The position numbers and the translations under genes are program-made. The notes beneath the pieces are model-generated. The model saw nothing but the letters and a program-made list of their open reading frames with translations, was not told where the DNA came from and ran no database searches. DNA of 64,000 nt from an uncultured virus (IMG/VR IMGVR_UViG_3300005512_000014) (Duplodnaviria > Heunggongvirae > Uroviricota > Caudoviricetes): the IMG/VR virus record IMGVR_UViG_3300005512_000014; one strand, 5' to 3'. Position 1 is the stretch's first letter. Each line of letters opens with the position of its first letter. Shown piece by piece: positions 19,948 through 29,612 of the stretch.

Positions 19948-20276
19948 AGTTCCTTCACCCAACCATTCGCGGTTACGTTCACCGCACCACGGTCAGAAAT
20001 CGCCTGAACCGTCTCAGTAGCAGCCAAAACCAACGCAGTATCAAACACCAACGTGTCATACCCAGAAATAGGCAACTGATACATGATCGCATTAGAAGCC
20101 GTTGAAGTTGCCCCCACACTGATCGTCACCCACGCATCAACACCGTTCGTGTTCGTCACAATGAACTGCTTGATAACCCACACCGTGCTAGAGGGGACGG
20201 TTCCCAACGTCGTGTCAGTCGTACCCACAGCAGCAGGGCCAATAACTCTTGTTTCTGTGCGATCTCCAGCAGCCAT
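19944..20276 (-). CDS. Small beta-rich virion protein
   Basis: 110 aa, coupled within the fibre cluster. Confidence 0.6.
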   Translation of the reverse strand: MAAGDRTETRVIGPAAVGTTDTTLGTVPSSTVWVIKQFIVTNTNGVDAWVTISVGATSTASNAIMYQLPISGYDTLVFDTALVLAATETVQAISDRGAVNVTANGWVKEL

Positions 20277-21220
20277 CAGATAATCTCCATGATGAGTAAC
20301 GCAGCATCCGTCGTGCTACTAGTAATTGTAGTTCCCGATACTTCTTTCCATGTGCTATTTGACCGGTAATAGAAAGTGTCGTTAGTGGTATCTACCGCTA
20401 TGGCTCCGTCTGAAAGACTTGTAGAGGGGGCACCGGCAGAAGTCATGGTGATAAGACCCTGCGTGGCCTCCACTGTTCCAGTGACCGTCATCTCATTAGT
20501 GGCGTTATCCCACACCAAAGCGGAGGCGCTGTTGAACGTGCCCCCCGTGGCGTACTGGATATACCCGTCCTGACCCGACGCAGCAGCACTAGCAGCACCA
20601 ACCTCAACCCATTGCTGACTAGAACCGTCGTCATAGTACAGATATGTCTTTGCTGTATCTGTATCAAACCATAGGTCTCCGTTAGACGGAGTAGAGGGGG
20701 CGGTGGACTGTGTAGTCATGGCGATAACGCCAGCGGTACCTACCTCAACCCATTGCTGTGAGGCACCATCGTCGTAGTAGACGAACATAGAACCGGTGTC
20801 GGTCTCGTACCAGAGGTCACCGTCTTCTGGGTCTACGGGGGCACCATCAGAAGTGGTAACACTCGCACCACCGCCACCAGAGGCGATCTCCCATACCCCA
20901 CCCGTACGGATATAGAGAAGGTTGTTAACAGTATCGATGGCGAGAGCGCCATCTGGAAGGCTCAGCGTCGGCGTACCAGCCGTCGTAACCGTAATGAGGC
21001 CCCCGTCGGCCTGAAAGGCGTCGTCAGTCTTGAGGCGGTCAGCAGCGTCACGGTACAAATTGACATCACCAGTAGCAGAGCCGCTACCCCAGACAATCTT
21101 TCCCCCAGCCTCGTACTTGATGCGGTCATTGGTATCTCCAGCAACAGATACGGCTACAGCATCAGATGCTGCCGATGCAAGATCGCGTACGGTAATGCCT
21201 GTAGTGAACTTCTGAGCCAC
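20276..21220 (-). CDS. Fibre/branching protein with duplicated GDLWxxTDT...YYDDG.SQQWVEVG modules
   Basis: Internal repeats visible in the translation. Confidence 0.7.
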   Translation of the reverse strand: MAQKFTTGITVRDLASAASDAVAVSVAGDTNDRIKYEAGGKIVWGSGSATGDVNLYRDAADRLKTDDAFQADGGLITVTTAGTPTLSLPDGALAIDTVNNLLYIRTGGVWEIASGGGGASVTTSDGAPVDPEDGDLWYETDTGSMFVYYDDGASQQWVEVGTAGVIAMTTQSTAPSTPSNGDLWFDTDTAKTYLYYDDGSSQQWVEVGAASAAASGQDGYIQYATGGTFNSASALVWDNATNEMTVTGTVEATQGLITMTSAGAPSTSLSDGAIAVDTTNDTFYYRSNSTWKEVSGTTITSSTTDAALLIMEII

Positions 21221-21256
21221 AACTCAGCCTTTCTAAGGGGCCGCAACCCCTTTCTA

Positions 21257-22693
21257 TCAACCTGTAATGACGACTTTGTATGCGTTAGCGCTGGGTGCCG
21301 TTGCGAACTCCACAGTAACAGTATTCGTGGTAGCGCGAGCGACATCAGCGTGAACCGTTTCCTTGGAGGTCGTGTCGAATACCTGTACGATCACATCCTC
21401 TGTACCCAAGTTATGAGTCAAGGTGTACGAAGTAGCGCTAGTGGTCAGCGTCTGCGAGGCGATACGAGCCAGCGTCGGGGTGCTGGTCGTAAGGCCAGTA
21501 GCGGATGTCTCAGCGAGATTGTCACGGGCGTCGGCAGCGGTGCTAGCACCAGTACCACCGTGAGCCACTGCCACATCGGTGGCTTCCCACGTACCAGTTG
21601 TGACCGTACCGAGAGTGTCAATGCTGGCCTGACCACCGTATGTAGCGGAAATCTGGACATCGTCAGCATTGACCGTGATGCCGGTACCTGCTCCAACAGC
21701 GAGGGCCGCGCCCCCACCGCCAGTAAGACCACCACCAGCAACTGAGGTGTTGAGTTTAGATTCAGTAACACCGGCGTCTTTGATGATGACGTTGTCGCCG
21801 TTGATCTCAAGAGTGCTGTCATCGACGTTGACATCGATCTGATTCGACTGCGTACCGCTCTTCGACAGACCGTCACCAGCAATAATCTGACCAGCGCCAG
21901 AGAACTTAGCAAACGTAAGGCCAGTCGTATCCAGCGTGACCGTGCCGTCGTTGGTCAGCACCCATCCGCTATCAGCGTTGGCGTCACCCTCTTCAACAAA
22001 CGTAAACAAACCGGGAGTAACTTCTGCGCTGCTGTCAGCGTCGGCTGCTCGTGACCACGAACCGCTCGTGCTTACAACGTAGATACCGTTCTCAGACGAG
22101 GTGCTCTGATCCTTAACGAGGATACGGTCGCCATCAGCGAGCGTAATGTTGTCAACATCAGTAGTCGTATTAGTCAGAGAGATATCAGCCGTAGTAGCAA
22201 CACGCACTGAAGCCTTAACGTCAAGACCCGAGCGGGCAGCGTCAACGTATGCCTTGTTGGCTGCATCAGTTGCGTCAGTGGGGGCCGACAGGCTGGTAAC
22301 GCGGGAAGCCGTGATGACATTCGCAGCAAAATCACCGCTTGCATCGCGGATAACCAACTTGCTCGCAGTAGCAGCGTCTGTAGCATCATCCAACTTGGCC
22401 TTGTCAGTTGCCGACATAAGACCAGAATCTGACGTTGTGGCATCGGCAATGGTGAACGACACCGCGCCGTTAGAGGCAGTGCTGACGTTAACAGCAGCGG
22501 TGCTGGACGATACTCCGGTGATAAGAATCTGCCACGTAGAACCGTCGTAGTACTTCAGCGCATCTTCAGCACTGTTGTAAAAGAGTCGACCCTCAAAGTT
22601 ACCCGTTGATGGGTCAGAGGTATCGGTATGAAACTTGGCATTGACCAGTTCGTTCTGCTTGAGGTCAATATTGGTGAGAAATTGCTGTGCCAC
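21257..22693 (-). CDS. Head decoration / head-fibre-like protein
   Basis: DAANKAYVD...VKASVRVATT...GDRILVKDQ...ENGIY...R..DAD module; close to the MCP gene. Confidence 0.7.
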   Translation of the reverse strand: MAQQFLTNIDLKQNELVNAKFHTDTSDPSTGNFEGRLFYNSAEDALKYYDGSTWQILITGVSSSTAAVNVSTASNGAVSFTIADATTSDSGLMSATDKAKLDDATDAATASKLVIRDASGDFAANVITASRVTSLSAPTDATDAANKAYVDAARSGLDVKASVRVATTADISLTNTTTDVDNITLADGDRILVKDQSTSSENGIYVVSTSGSWSRAADADSSAEVTPGLFTFVEEGDANADSGWVLTNDGTVTLDTTGLTFAKFSGAGQIIAGDGLSKSGTQSNQIDVNVDDSTLEINGDNVIIKDAGVTESKLNTSVAGGGLTGGGGAALAVGAGTGITVNADDVQISATYGGQASIDTLGTVTTGTWEATDVAVAHGGTGASTAADARDNLAETSATGLTTSTPTLARIASQTLTTSATSYTLTHNLGTEDVIVQVFDTTSKETVHADVARATTNTVTVEFATAPSANAYKVVITG

Positions 22694-22704
22694 TTACCGA
22701 CCTC

Positions 22705-23181
22705 CTAAGTCAGATATGCGGTACCCGAAAAGGGTGCTGTAAATTCGATCTGAATCTCGCTTGTACTGTTGTATGTTACCGTACCTACAACTACTGTGCC
22801 GGTAGAATTGACCACGGTAACTGATGGGTAACCACCTAAGTCATGAGGAATAGTCCAAGTATCTGACGCTGCTCCCTGTGTGAACACCGTTCTACGAGTT
22901 AAGCCTGTCGCTTGGAAGAACGGGGTGGCAGGCCATCCCGACTCAGTCTTAGGACCGTAGATGTAATACGGCTCCTGCGTAAAGAAGTAATAGTCACCTA
23001 CGATGCCGGTATCGGAGGGGGGCGGGTCTATTGATCCACTGATAAGTGATGATCCAGCCGCTCCCTGAATCCCGGTACTGAGAACTTCGATGCGGGTGCT
23101 GGCATCTACGACCTCAATAACATTCGTCGTAGGGTCGAATACGACTTCATATACGTCGTTAAAGACTTCTACGTTACTCAT
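22705..23181 (-). CDS. Virion structural protein
   Basis: WTIPHDLGGYPSVTVV...F.APFSGTAYL. Confidence 0.6.
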   Translation of the reverse strand: MSNVEVFNDVYEVVFDPTTNVIEVVDASTRIEVLSTGIQGAAGSSLISGSIDPPPSDTGIVGDYYFFTQEPYYIYGPKTESGWPATPFFQATGLTRRTVFTQGAASDTWTIPHDLGGYPSVTVVNSTGTVVVGTVTYNSTSEIQIEFTAPFSGTAYLT

Positions 23182-23534
23182 ATACGCACCACGTCGGGAC
23201 GAATCGTAAACGTACCCATCAGCAATCGTGTTACCTCGTTTGAGGACGAAGTCAACTCAAGAGTGTACGTGTACTGGCCTGCGGTGATATCCATATCAGA
23301 GGCAGACACCGTAAGCACCAACTCTCCAGTGCTTGCGTTAATGGTAATACGACCGTTGTCTGTGCTTAGAGTAAGTACGACGTTAGTTGCCGTGGTCTTT
23401 TCCCTAATGACTAGTTCTGCACTGTATCCTGCGAGATTGACGGGGGTCTTATCTTCGTTCTTCCACTTGATCACCTGATTAAAAGTGGCTCCCTTATCAG
23501 CGGTAAAGCCATAGGTAGCAGCGAGTGCCGTCAT
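23178..23534 (-). CDS. Virion structural protein (BppU-like Ig fold)
   Basis: GATF...NLAGYSA...Y.YTLEL...RLL.G; RBS AGGAG before ATG 23534. Confidence 0.6.
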   Translation of the reverse strand: MTALAATYGFTADKGATFNQVIKWKNEDKTPVNLAGYSAELVIREKTTATNVVLTLSTDNGRITINASTGELVLTVSASDMDITAGQYTYTLELTSSSNEVTRLLMGTFTIRPDVVRI

Positions 23535-23554
23535 GTCGTATCTCCTATACAACC

Positions 23555-23585
23555 AGAAAGGGCGGGGGCGCTTGGCCCCCGCCCA
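23555..23585 (-). terminator. Intrinsic terminator after the major capsid gene
   Basis: Minus strand GGGCGGGGGC-CAAGC-GCCCCCGCCC followed by TTTCT. Confidence 0.75.
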
Positions 23586-23611
23586 TTCCAGTGATTACCT
23601 TGTCGGGTTTA

Positions 23612-24694
23612 TCAGGCGATGGAGCCGCCGAGCGTGTTGAGAACCACGCGGGACTCGTGGGTGATCATACCGAAGCCCCAGATGGCGTACCATGCCAAGC
23701 CGTGCTCACGACCGAAGTCGATCACACCACCGTCGCGCAACTCAACCGGGAGGCTGATGGCGTGACCGAAGGCGTTGTCACCGATCATGATGGCGTTGTA
23801 CGACTCAGTGTTCGTGTCGCCACCGACGCCGGAGTCGGGGAGGCCAGCAGCAATCTCGCTGGTGTCCAGACCCTTGGTGACCTGCGTGGTCTCAATGAAC
23901 ACCACGTCGTAGATACGACCGATCTCACCGAGCATGAAGTTGCCGGGGGCGGCGTACTTCGTGACCTCAATGAACTCAGGCCAGTCGCGCAGGGCGCGGC
24001 TCTGTGACGGGTGAACGAAGCACACGTAGGTGTCGCCCAAACGCGGGATGTTCTGACCAGCGAGGACCTCAACTGCGTCCTTGACGGTTGCAGGCGAGAG
24101 GTAACCCGGCGAAGCAGCGGTACCGACCGTGCCCGGATCGTACGGCGAGATAGCGCCACGCGCAGAAGCGGCGGTGCGACCGAAGACGACGCTAGGAGCA
24201 ACAGCAGCGCCACCACCGAACGGCACAGCGTTCTGGTAGAGAGTGTTGCGGGCCTGCGTGTCCATGGACTGAGCCATGTGACGACCGAGGAGGCGCGAGG
24301 CCGAGGCCATCACGTCATCGAAGGCTGCGTTGAGCAGCAATTCGGTGACGGCAACAGCCTTGCCGTGCTCCTTGACGGTGATCTGAATCTGCGATGCGGT
24401 CAGCGAGACCGGCTCCATACGCACACCCTCAGTCAGTTCCGACCCGGTCTGGTCGACGCTGAGGTTGTTGTAACGCATGAAGTTGATGGTCAGACCGGGC
24501 TGAACGCCCAGTTCAGTCTTCTTGACGGCGAACTGCTCAAAGCGGAGCACCGGCATAGCCTGAAAGAGAATCTCTTTCGACCAAATCTGCTGAATTGCGG
24601 GTGAAAGAGTGGCGTCGCTTGCGTAGCCGGTCGTGGTGATTGAACCAAGATCGGCACCGGTAATCGCGCCACCTGCGGGGGCTGGAAGGGCCAT
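23612..24694 (-). CDS. Major capsid protein (N4-gp56-like family)
   Basis: G.TINF.RY, LTEGV, FVHP.Q..LR, GEIGRIYDVVFIET, DFGR...AWY; follows the scaffold; strong codon bias. Confidence 0.92.
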   Translation of the reverse strand: MALPAPAGGAITGADLGSITTTGYASDATLSPAIQQIWSKEILFQAMPVLRFEQFAVKKTELGVQPGLTINFMRYNNLSVDQTGSELTEGVRMEPVSLTASQIQITVKEHGKAVAVTELLLNAAFDDVMASASRLLGRHMAQSMDTQARNTLYQNAVPFGGGAAVAPSVVFGRTAASARGAISPYDPGTVGTAASPGYLSPATVKDAVEVLAGQNIPRLGDTYVCFVHPSQSRALRDWPEFIEVTKYAAPGNFMLGEIGRIYDVVFIETTQVTKGLDTSEIAAGLPDSGVGGDTNTESYNAIMIGDNAFGHAISLPVELRDGGVIDFGREHGLAWYAIWGFGMITHESRVVLNTLGGSIA

Positions 24695-24734
24695 GTTACT
24701 TATCCTCCGTGGGATTAATGGTAGTTATTGGGTT

Positions 24735-25517
24735 TTAGCGGCCTCGCAAAGAGGCTTGTGCCAAGAGCCGGTCCCTGATTTGTGCGTACTGATCCATCGA
24801 CATGTTGGCAATATCTGCCGAGGTCAATGTCTGCTGCTCCGTTGCGTTTTCCAATGGCCCAATCGGGGTTGACCCCGTCGCCGGGACTCCCCTCAGGCTT
24901 TGCCGTTGTGGCATAGCCTGTTGGATATTCTCTACAATAGCAGATGTTCGGGCAACAACTGCCGAAATAGCGCTTTCAATCTCTTCTTCTGAATTTCCCT
25001 TAACGAAATCCAAAAGTTCAGGCATAATACTATCCTGCTCTTCTTGAATGCGGCGAGACTTGTATGACTCAAGTTCCTGATAACGGCGCTCCTGTTCAAG
25101 GACAGCCTTTTGGGCTTCTGACTCTTGCTGGAGGGCGTTGAACTTTTCTTCCCACTCTTGCTGAGCGGTGTTAAGACGTTGCTGGAATTCGTCTTCTTTC
25201 TTTGCAAGAAGTTCCTTAGCAGACATTTCTGCCTCTTCACGCTGACGGCGCTCTTCTGCTTCTTTAGAAGCAATTTCCTCAGCGAGGCGTTTCTGCTCTT
25301 CACGCTCATGGTTGAAAACTTCAACCTGATCTTGCAACTTAGAAAGACGGTCGTACAACTTGTCTTTCTCCTGACGACGGATGGCCTCTACCTCGTCTTC
25401 CGTGAACATACGAGTATTCGGAGTCATCGGTTCCTTGGCGGGGGCCGTAGCCTCAGGCGTGACCTGCTGAGCAGGCATATCAATGGTGACTGCGTCACCT
25501 GTCGTGTCTTCTGACAT
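24735..25517 (-). CDS. Capsid scaffolding protein
   Basis: E/Q/K-rich coiled coil directly upstream of the MCP. Confidence 0.85.
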   Translation of the reverse strand: MSEDTTGDAVTIDMPAQQVTPEATAPAKEPMTPNTRMFTEDEVEAIRRQEKDKLYDRLSKLQDQVEVFNHEREEQKRLAEEIASKEAEERRQREEAEMSAKELLAKKEDEFQQRLNTAQQEWEEKFNALQQESEAQKAVLEQERRYQELESYKSRRIQEEQDSIMPELLDFVKGNSEEEIESAISAVVARTSAIVENIQQAMPQRQSLRGVPATGSTPIGPLENATEQQTLTSADIANMSMDQYAQIRDRLLAQASLRGR

Positions 25518-25569
25518 GTCTAATACCTCACGTTGTCGTGCTGATGTGTCTTAAATGGGTTACGATTTA

Positions 25570-26031
25570 TTAGTCCGAATCGGGCTTCAAGTAATTCAAA
25601 GCCCGCTGCACCAATTGATAATCGTCCCGCAACATACCGATACCGGTGTTGCAGGTCACACATAATATACCACGAATCTCTCCTGTGGAGTGGTCATGGT
25701 CTACTACCGTGCGAACCTCACCCATGGGCGTACAGCAGATAGCGCAGGCATGATCCTGCTCAGCACATAGTGCTTGATAGTCTGCTTCGTCCAGCCCATA
25801 GGTACGTTTAATGTGGTTTCTGCGCTGTTTAGCCCGGTATGCGTGCTCATTGGCCTCACGCCATTTTCTAGACTGTTCGGAGGCCCGATCCGGGTTGGCT
25901 TGCCGCCACTTCTTAGACTTGTCCGCGGCGCAACTGTTGCAATATGCACGCCTTGATGGACGATCAGTGCGCTGAAGAAATGCGTCCTCACACTTAGTCT
26001 CATTACACGTAGAACAGGTTTTAGTAATCAT
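25570..26031 (-). CDS. Endonuclease VII-family (homing) endonuclease
   Basis: YGL...Q...CAIC...VDHDH.TG.IRGILC..CN.GIG. Confidence 0.9.
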   Translation of the reverse strand: MITKTCSTCNETKCEDAFLQRTDRPSRRAYCNSCAADKSKKWRQANPDRASEQSRKWREANEHAYRAKQRRNHIKRTYGLDEADYQALCAEQDHACAICCTPMGEVRTVVDHDHSTGEIRGILCVTCNTGIGMLRDDYQLVQRALNYLKPDSD

Positions 26032-27734
26032 CAGTCCGAGTCAGGTACACGGCGTTGGGCGAGGTTCGCACCATACGCTCGCTGTGCCAACTGATTTACA
26101 AAATCGCCGGAAGGTGTAATTCCCGGCATTACTCCCGATTCCTCTTGTGCGGAACCGGCAGATGTTACGTCGGAACCACCTGCACTCTGTACGCCTCCTT
26201 CGGCGTTAGAAGCAGGTTGTGCTCCGTCAGGCATAACCATACCAGTTAAGGCCATAACTGATGCGGATATCTGAGCGTTTATGAGTTCAAGAGCGCCTTG
26301 GTCAATAGCATCATCTCGCAACTCTTCAGAAACTTCAGCCATCTTCTCGTTGGGGAATTCCTCACCCAATGCTCGGAGGGCACCACGCTTGGACTCAAGA
26401 CCCATTGCCATCTTGGCCTGCAACTCATTCAGTTTGATCAACTGATCGACTGGCAGCGGGTCGGGCCAGTGGATAGACGTGCGGTACGTGTTGGGGTCAC
26501 GAGGATCAAGAACCTGCAACTGGTCTGGTTCGGGGAACGTCGCCTGCGCCGGATTCCATTGCAAGGATTCAGGTTCATGTACAGCCTGTGTACGGATGAT
26601 GAGTTCGTTCAACTGAACAAGTCCCTTACTGAAGTGGGTCTTCTTCATATGAAAGCGGTTCATCATAGGCTGGTACTGAATAGCGAGGGCGACGCCAGAA
26701 GTGTTGGAAATCGGCTGCGTCTTACCAAGAGCAGATTCTGGTACGCCGGTGATCTCATGCATTGCTTGCTTGATAACATCCAAGTACTGCAAAGCACCTG
26801 CCATCTCACCCTTAGACTCAAGGTTGTACACACGAGCGTCTTTAGGCAGACCTGCCCATACCTTCTTAGCACCACGCTCCAACTGCGAAGCCTTCGCTCC
26901 GGTGATGATCGTCACGGGGGCGCTGTGGTAGTTGATGATGTCAGAGACCTCAGTCATCTTCTCGTTCATCTCGCGGTTGAGAGGAATGATGTCCCAGATG
27001 TCAGACTGACCCCACGGTGACGAGGAGATGCTGACGTTAGGAATGTGGATGACCGGCACCTTGCCGATGGGGTTCTCGTACTGGTCGATCAACTCATCGT
27101 TGATGTACTGCTCTACGCTCTCGTCAGTAAGAATCTCAGTAAAGGTGTAAACCTGACGAGTACCCTCGGGGCTGGTGCCCCAGAACCGGTACTTCAACTT
27201 GAATCGAAGAATACGGTCACGGTCGTGAGGGTGGTACTCAGGGAAGCAGTACGCAGAGTTCAAAGGAATAATACGTGTACGACCTTCGTGGATAACGCCC
27301 AACGTGTCCTGCCATGGTTCTTCGTACGCAACCTTGACAAAACAGTCACCGGTAACACCGGCCAACTGACCCATCTCCCACAGAACCTTATGCTTGTCGT
27401 TGTCTACTTCCCACACCTTCTGTAGAACATGAGGGATGATAGCGCCCGTCGATTCTGGGGTTTTGAACTGTACACCCTTACCAAAGGTGAAGTTCGTAAT
27501 ATAATCCGACATAGTACGGATGTAGTTCAGCGAAAGATGCTGCTCACCCATCTCACGGCGGTGAGACCAGTGGTGACCGAGATACCACGCCCAAGCAGCA
27601 GAGTAACGGTTCAGGCGGGGGCCGTGAACCTCAAACTCTTCGTCGGCCAGTTCGACCAAGCCAAGGGGCGAAATGGCGACAGTGAGGTCACTGGAACTAG
27701 CCCTATAACTTGGTGACCAAAAATCAACTGGCAC
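26031..27734 (-). CDS. Portal protein (SPP1 gp6-like)
   Basis: 567 aa; NPIGKVPVIHIPN, WGQSDI, SGVAL motifs; upstream of scaffold and MCP. Confidence 0.9.
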   Translation of the reverse strand: MPVDFWSPSYRASSSDLTVAISPLGLVELADEEFEVHGPRLNRYSAAWAWYLGHHWSHRREMGEQHLSLNYIRTMSDYITNFTFGKGVQFKTPESTGAIIPHVLQKVWEVDNDKHKVLWEMGQLAGVTGDCFVKVAYEEPWQDTLGVIHEGRTRIIPLNSAYCFPEYHPHDRDRILRFKLKYRFWGTSPEGTRQVYTFTEILTDESVEQYINDELIDQYENPIGKVPVIHIPNVSISSSPWGQSDIWDIIPLNREMNEKMTEVSDIINYHSAPVTIITGAKASQLERGAKKVWAGLPKDARVYNLESKGEMAGALQYLDVIKQAMHEITGVPESALGKTQPISNTSGVALAIQYQPMMNRFHMKKTHFSKGLVQLNELIIRTQAVHEPESLQWNPAQATFPEPDQLQVLDPRDPNTYRTSIHWPDPLPVDQLIKLNELQAKMAMGLESKRGALRALGEEFPNEKMAEVSEELRDDAIDQGALELINAQISASVMALTGMVMPDGAQPASNAEGGVQSAGGSDVTSAGSAQEESGVMPGITPSGDFVNQLAQRAYGANLAQRRVPDSD

Positions 27735-27778
27735 TATGTGCTCCCGTCAGACGTACGTACACTAAACAGAATAGCAGA

Positions 27779-27946
27779 TTACTTTCCGCTCTTCTTCTTC
27801 TTTGCGGCGTTCATGTTGTCAACAAGATTGGGGTAGGGGCGACCGGCTTTCTTTGCAGATGCCTTAGCCTTGGCCTTCTGAGAAGGAGTCAACTTCTTGT
27901 CGGACTTTGTCGGGTCTTTCTTGTCCCAAACTTTCTTCTCAGCCAT
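27779..27946 (-). CDS. 55-aa basic protein
   Basis: Read by hand: MAEKKVWDKK...AKKAGRPYPNLVDNMNAAKKKKSGK; TAATG coupling. Confidence 0.7.
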   Translation of the reverse strand: MAEKKVWDKKDPTKSDKKLTPSQKAKAKASAKKAGRPYPNLVDNMNAAKKKKSGK

Positions 27947-28209
27947 TACTTCTTACCTCTGTTACGTGCACGATTTGTGCTGGGGTCTTCTTTGACCAAC
28001 TTCCCATCCTTGGTGTGGGAAAGGTCCTTACCGCCCTTACCGTCCATACCACGGTCACGGCGAGCCTGCTTCAACTCAGTGCGCTTAGCGCGCTGATCAG
28101 GTTTCTTGTTGTACTCTTTATTGTAGGCATCCTTCTTCTTTTTGGCTTCAGGATTATCCCTATAATATTGAGCAGTCTTTTTTGGGTTAGATGTTTTGCG
28201 TGGTGCCAT
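27946..28209 (-). CDS. Basic protein with degenerate HNH-like motif
   Basis: GKDLSH...NRARN. Start uncertain: may extend upstream over a duplicated AQYYR segment. Confidence 0.55.
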   Translation of the reverse strand: MAPRKTSNPKKTAQYYRDNPEAKKKKDAYNKEYNKKPDQRAKRTELKQARRDRGMDGKGGKDLSHTKDGKLVKEDPSTNRARNRGKK

Positions 28210-28288
28210 CTTGGCTTTCTTTTCTGGACTATTCCGGTAGTATTGTGCGCTTTTTCGTACTCCCTGATTCTTAGCGGGAGTCAACGCT

Positions 28289-28591
28289 TCACCATTTAAC
28301 TTTGTCAGCCCAATAGGCTGCTGACATCTTGCCCTTCTTGATGTTTGCTCCATGGCGCGCCTTAAACGATGCGCGCTTCTTCTTCATAGCCTCAGACTCG
28401 CCAGACTTAGGCTTGCCTGCGGTCTTTGCTCCTTGCTCACCAAAGCGAATCAGTTTTACCTGATCTCCCTGCTTCGCCAGAACGGCGTGTGACTTGGAGG
28501 GATGGCCGGGGGTCTTCTTAGGCTTGTTGTAGCCCTCAAAGGTGATACCGCCCCGTGTGTACTTGGACTGTTTACTGTCCTTCTCTGCCAT
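28289..28591 (-). CDS. Conserved-type basic phage protein
   Basis: KLIRFG...SFKARH...SAAYWA.KVKW. Confidence 0.7.
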   Translation of the reverse strand: MAEKDSKQSKYTRGGITFEGYNKPKKTPGHPSKSHAVLAKQGDQVKLIRFGEQGAKTAGKPKSGESEAMKKKRASFKARHGANIKKGKMSAAYWADKVKW

Positions 28592-28599
28592 GGTTTCTC

Positions 28600-29340
28600 C
28601 TAGATACTCGTGCTCTTGACACGTTCTTCTATTTGGTTAGTACGACTATAGCCGCCGCACTTCTTACAATGCACGATCTGATAGGTCGCTGTACGGGTTC
28701 TTGCGTAACCACGCCTCTGACATTCGCTATGACCACAGCGGGGGCAACCTTCTTTGTTACCACCGTAGAGTCCGCGGTGTGGGTGGTTCTTGATCCACGG
28801 GAGAAGGCGCTCATACACCTTCTCTGTGAGTACAACGTCTTGCTTGTTGTACCTCTTCATGATCTCCCACGCCTTCTTGTCGCCTTTCATACAAGCGAGC
28901 CACAGATCAAACCCATCATGCTGCACCTTGCTACCAAGTCCGAGTTCCGTTGCCACGTGCTGCAACTTGTTGCTCGTGAAGCGGAAGCGCTGCTTGACGA
29001 CGCTCATAAGGTCAATATCGATATACGGCGATGGCGGTGGATAACCAGCAAGCACAAACTCACGGTTTAGGTGCTTCATATCAAATGATTTGCTGTTATA
29101 CCCCACTACAGCATCTGCTTCGTCCAACATGTCCCACGCCTTGCGCACCATCTCCTCGTGCCCGTCGTGGTAGTCGCTAGAGAAGTGCACCCTCTTCTCG
29201 CCATGCCACTTTGCAGCCCAAGAGATAACGGTACCGAACTCCTCAACTTGGTTGAGTCCTACGTTCTGATCCCACAGCCCCCAGACGTAAGCCAGACTGG
29301 GGCGTGTCTCAATGTCGATGGTCAGTATCTTGATGCCCAA
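28600..29340 (-). CDS. RNase H-fold (DnaQ/PolB-exo-like) exonuclease with C-terminal Zn ribbon
   Basis: DIET, GYNSKSFD, YNKQDV, CPRC...CKKC; RBS AAGGAGG before TTG 29340. Confidence 0.85.
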   Translation of the reverse strand: MGIKILTIDIETRPSLAYVWGLWDQNVGLNQVEEFGTVISWAAKWHGEKRVHFSSDYHDGHEEMVRKAWDMLDEADAVVGYNSKSFDMKHLNREFVLAGYPPPSPYIDIDLMSVVKQRFRFTSNKLQHVATELGLGSKVQHDGFDLWLACMKGDKKAWEIMKRYNKQDVVLTEKVYERLLPWIKNHPHRGLYGGNKEGCPRCGHSECQRRGYARTRTATYQIVHCKKCGGYSRTNQIEERVKSTSI

Positions 29341-29426
29341 GTGAGGACCTCCTTGTGGCACGTGTCGCACGTAACAGTAGCACACCAGTGTTGACGAAGG
29401 TAGACACGTACAGGTAGAGTGAGCCT

Positions 29427-29612
29427 GTGAAGGAAATACGAATGACAGAAGAGCAGTTCCTTGCGATCTACGCCACTTTTGCAGAGACCTACAAAGATGA
29501 CTCAATCGACATCTTTGAAGCCGACGCAGACGAGCAACTAAGGTTGGTAAAGATCGAAACTCGTGCGTGGGACACTATAAGGGAGGTCTACGACCAGTAC
29601 TACAGCGAGTAG
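29427..29612 (+). CDS. Small acidic hypothetical protein
   Basis: 61 aa ORF filling the gap between minus-strand genes. Confidence 0.5.
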   Translation: MKEIRMTEEQFLAIYATFAETYKDDSIDIFEADADEQLRLVKIETRAWDTIREVYDQYYSE

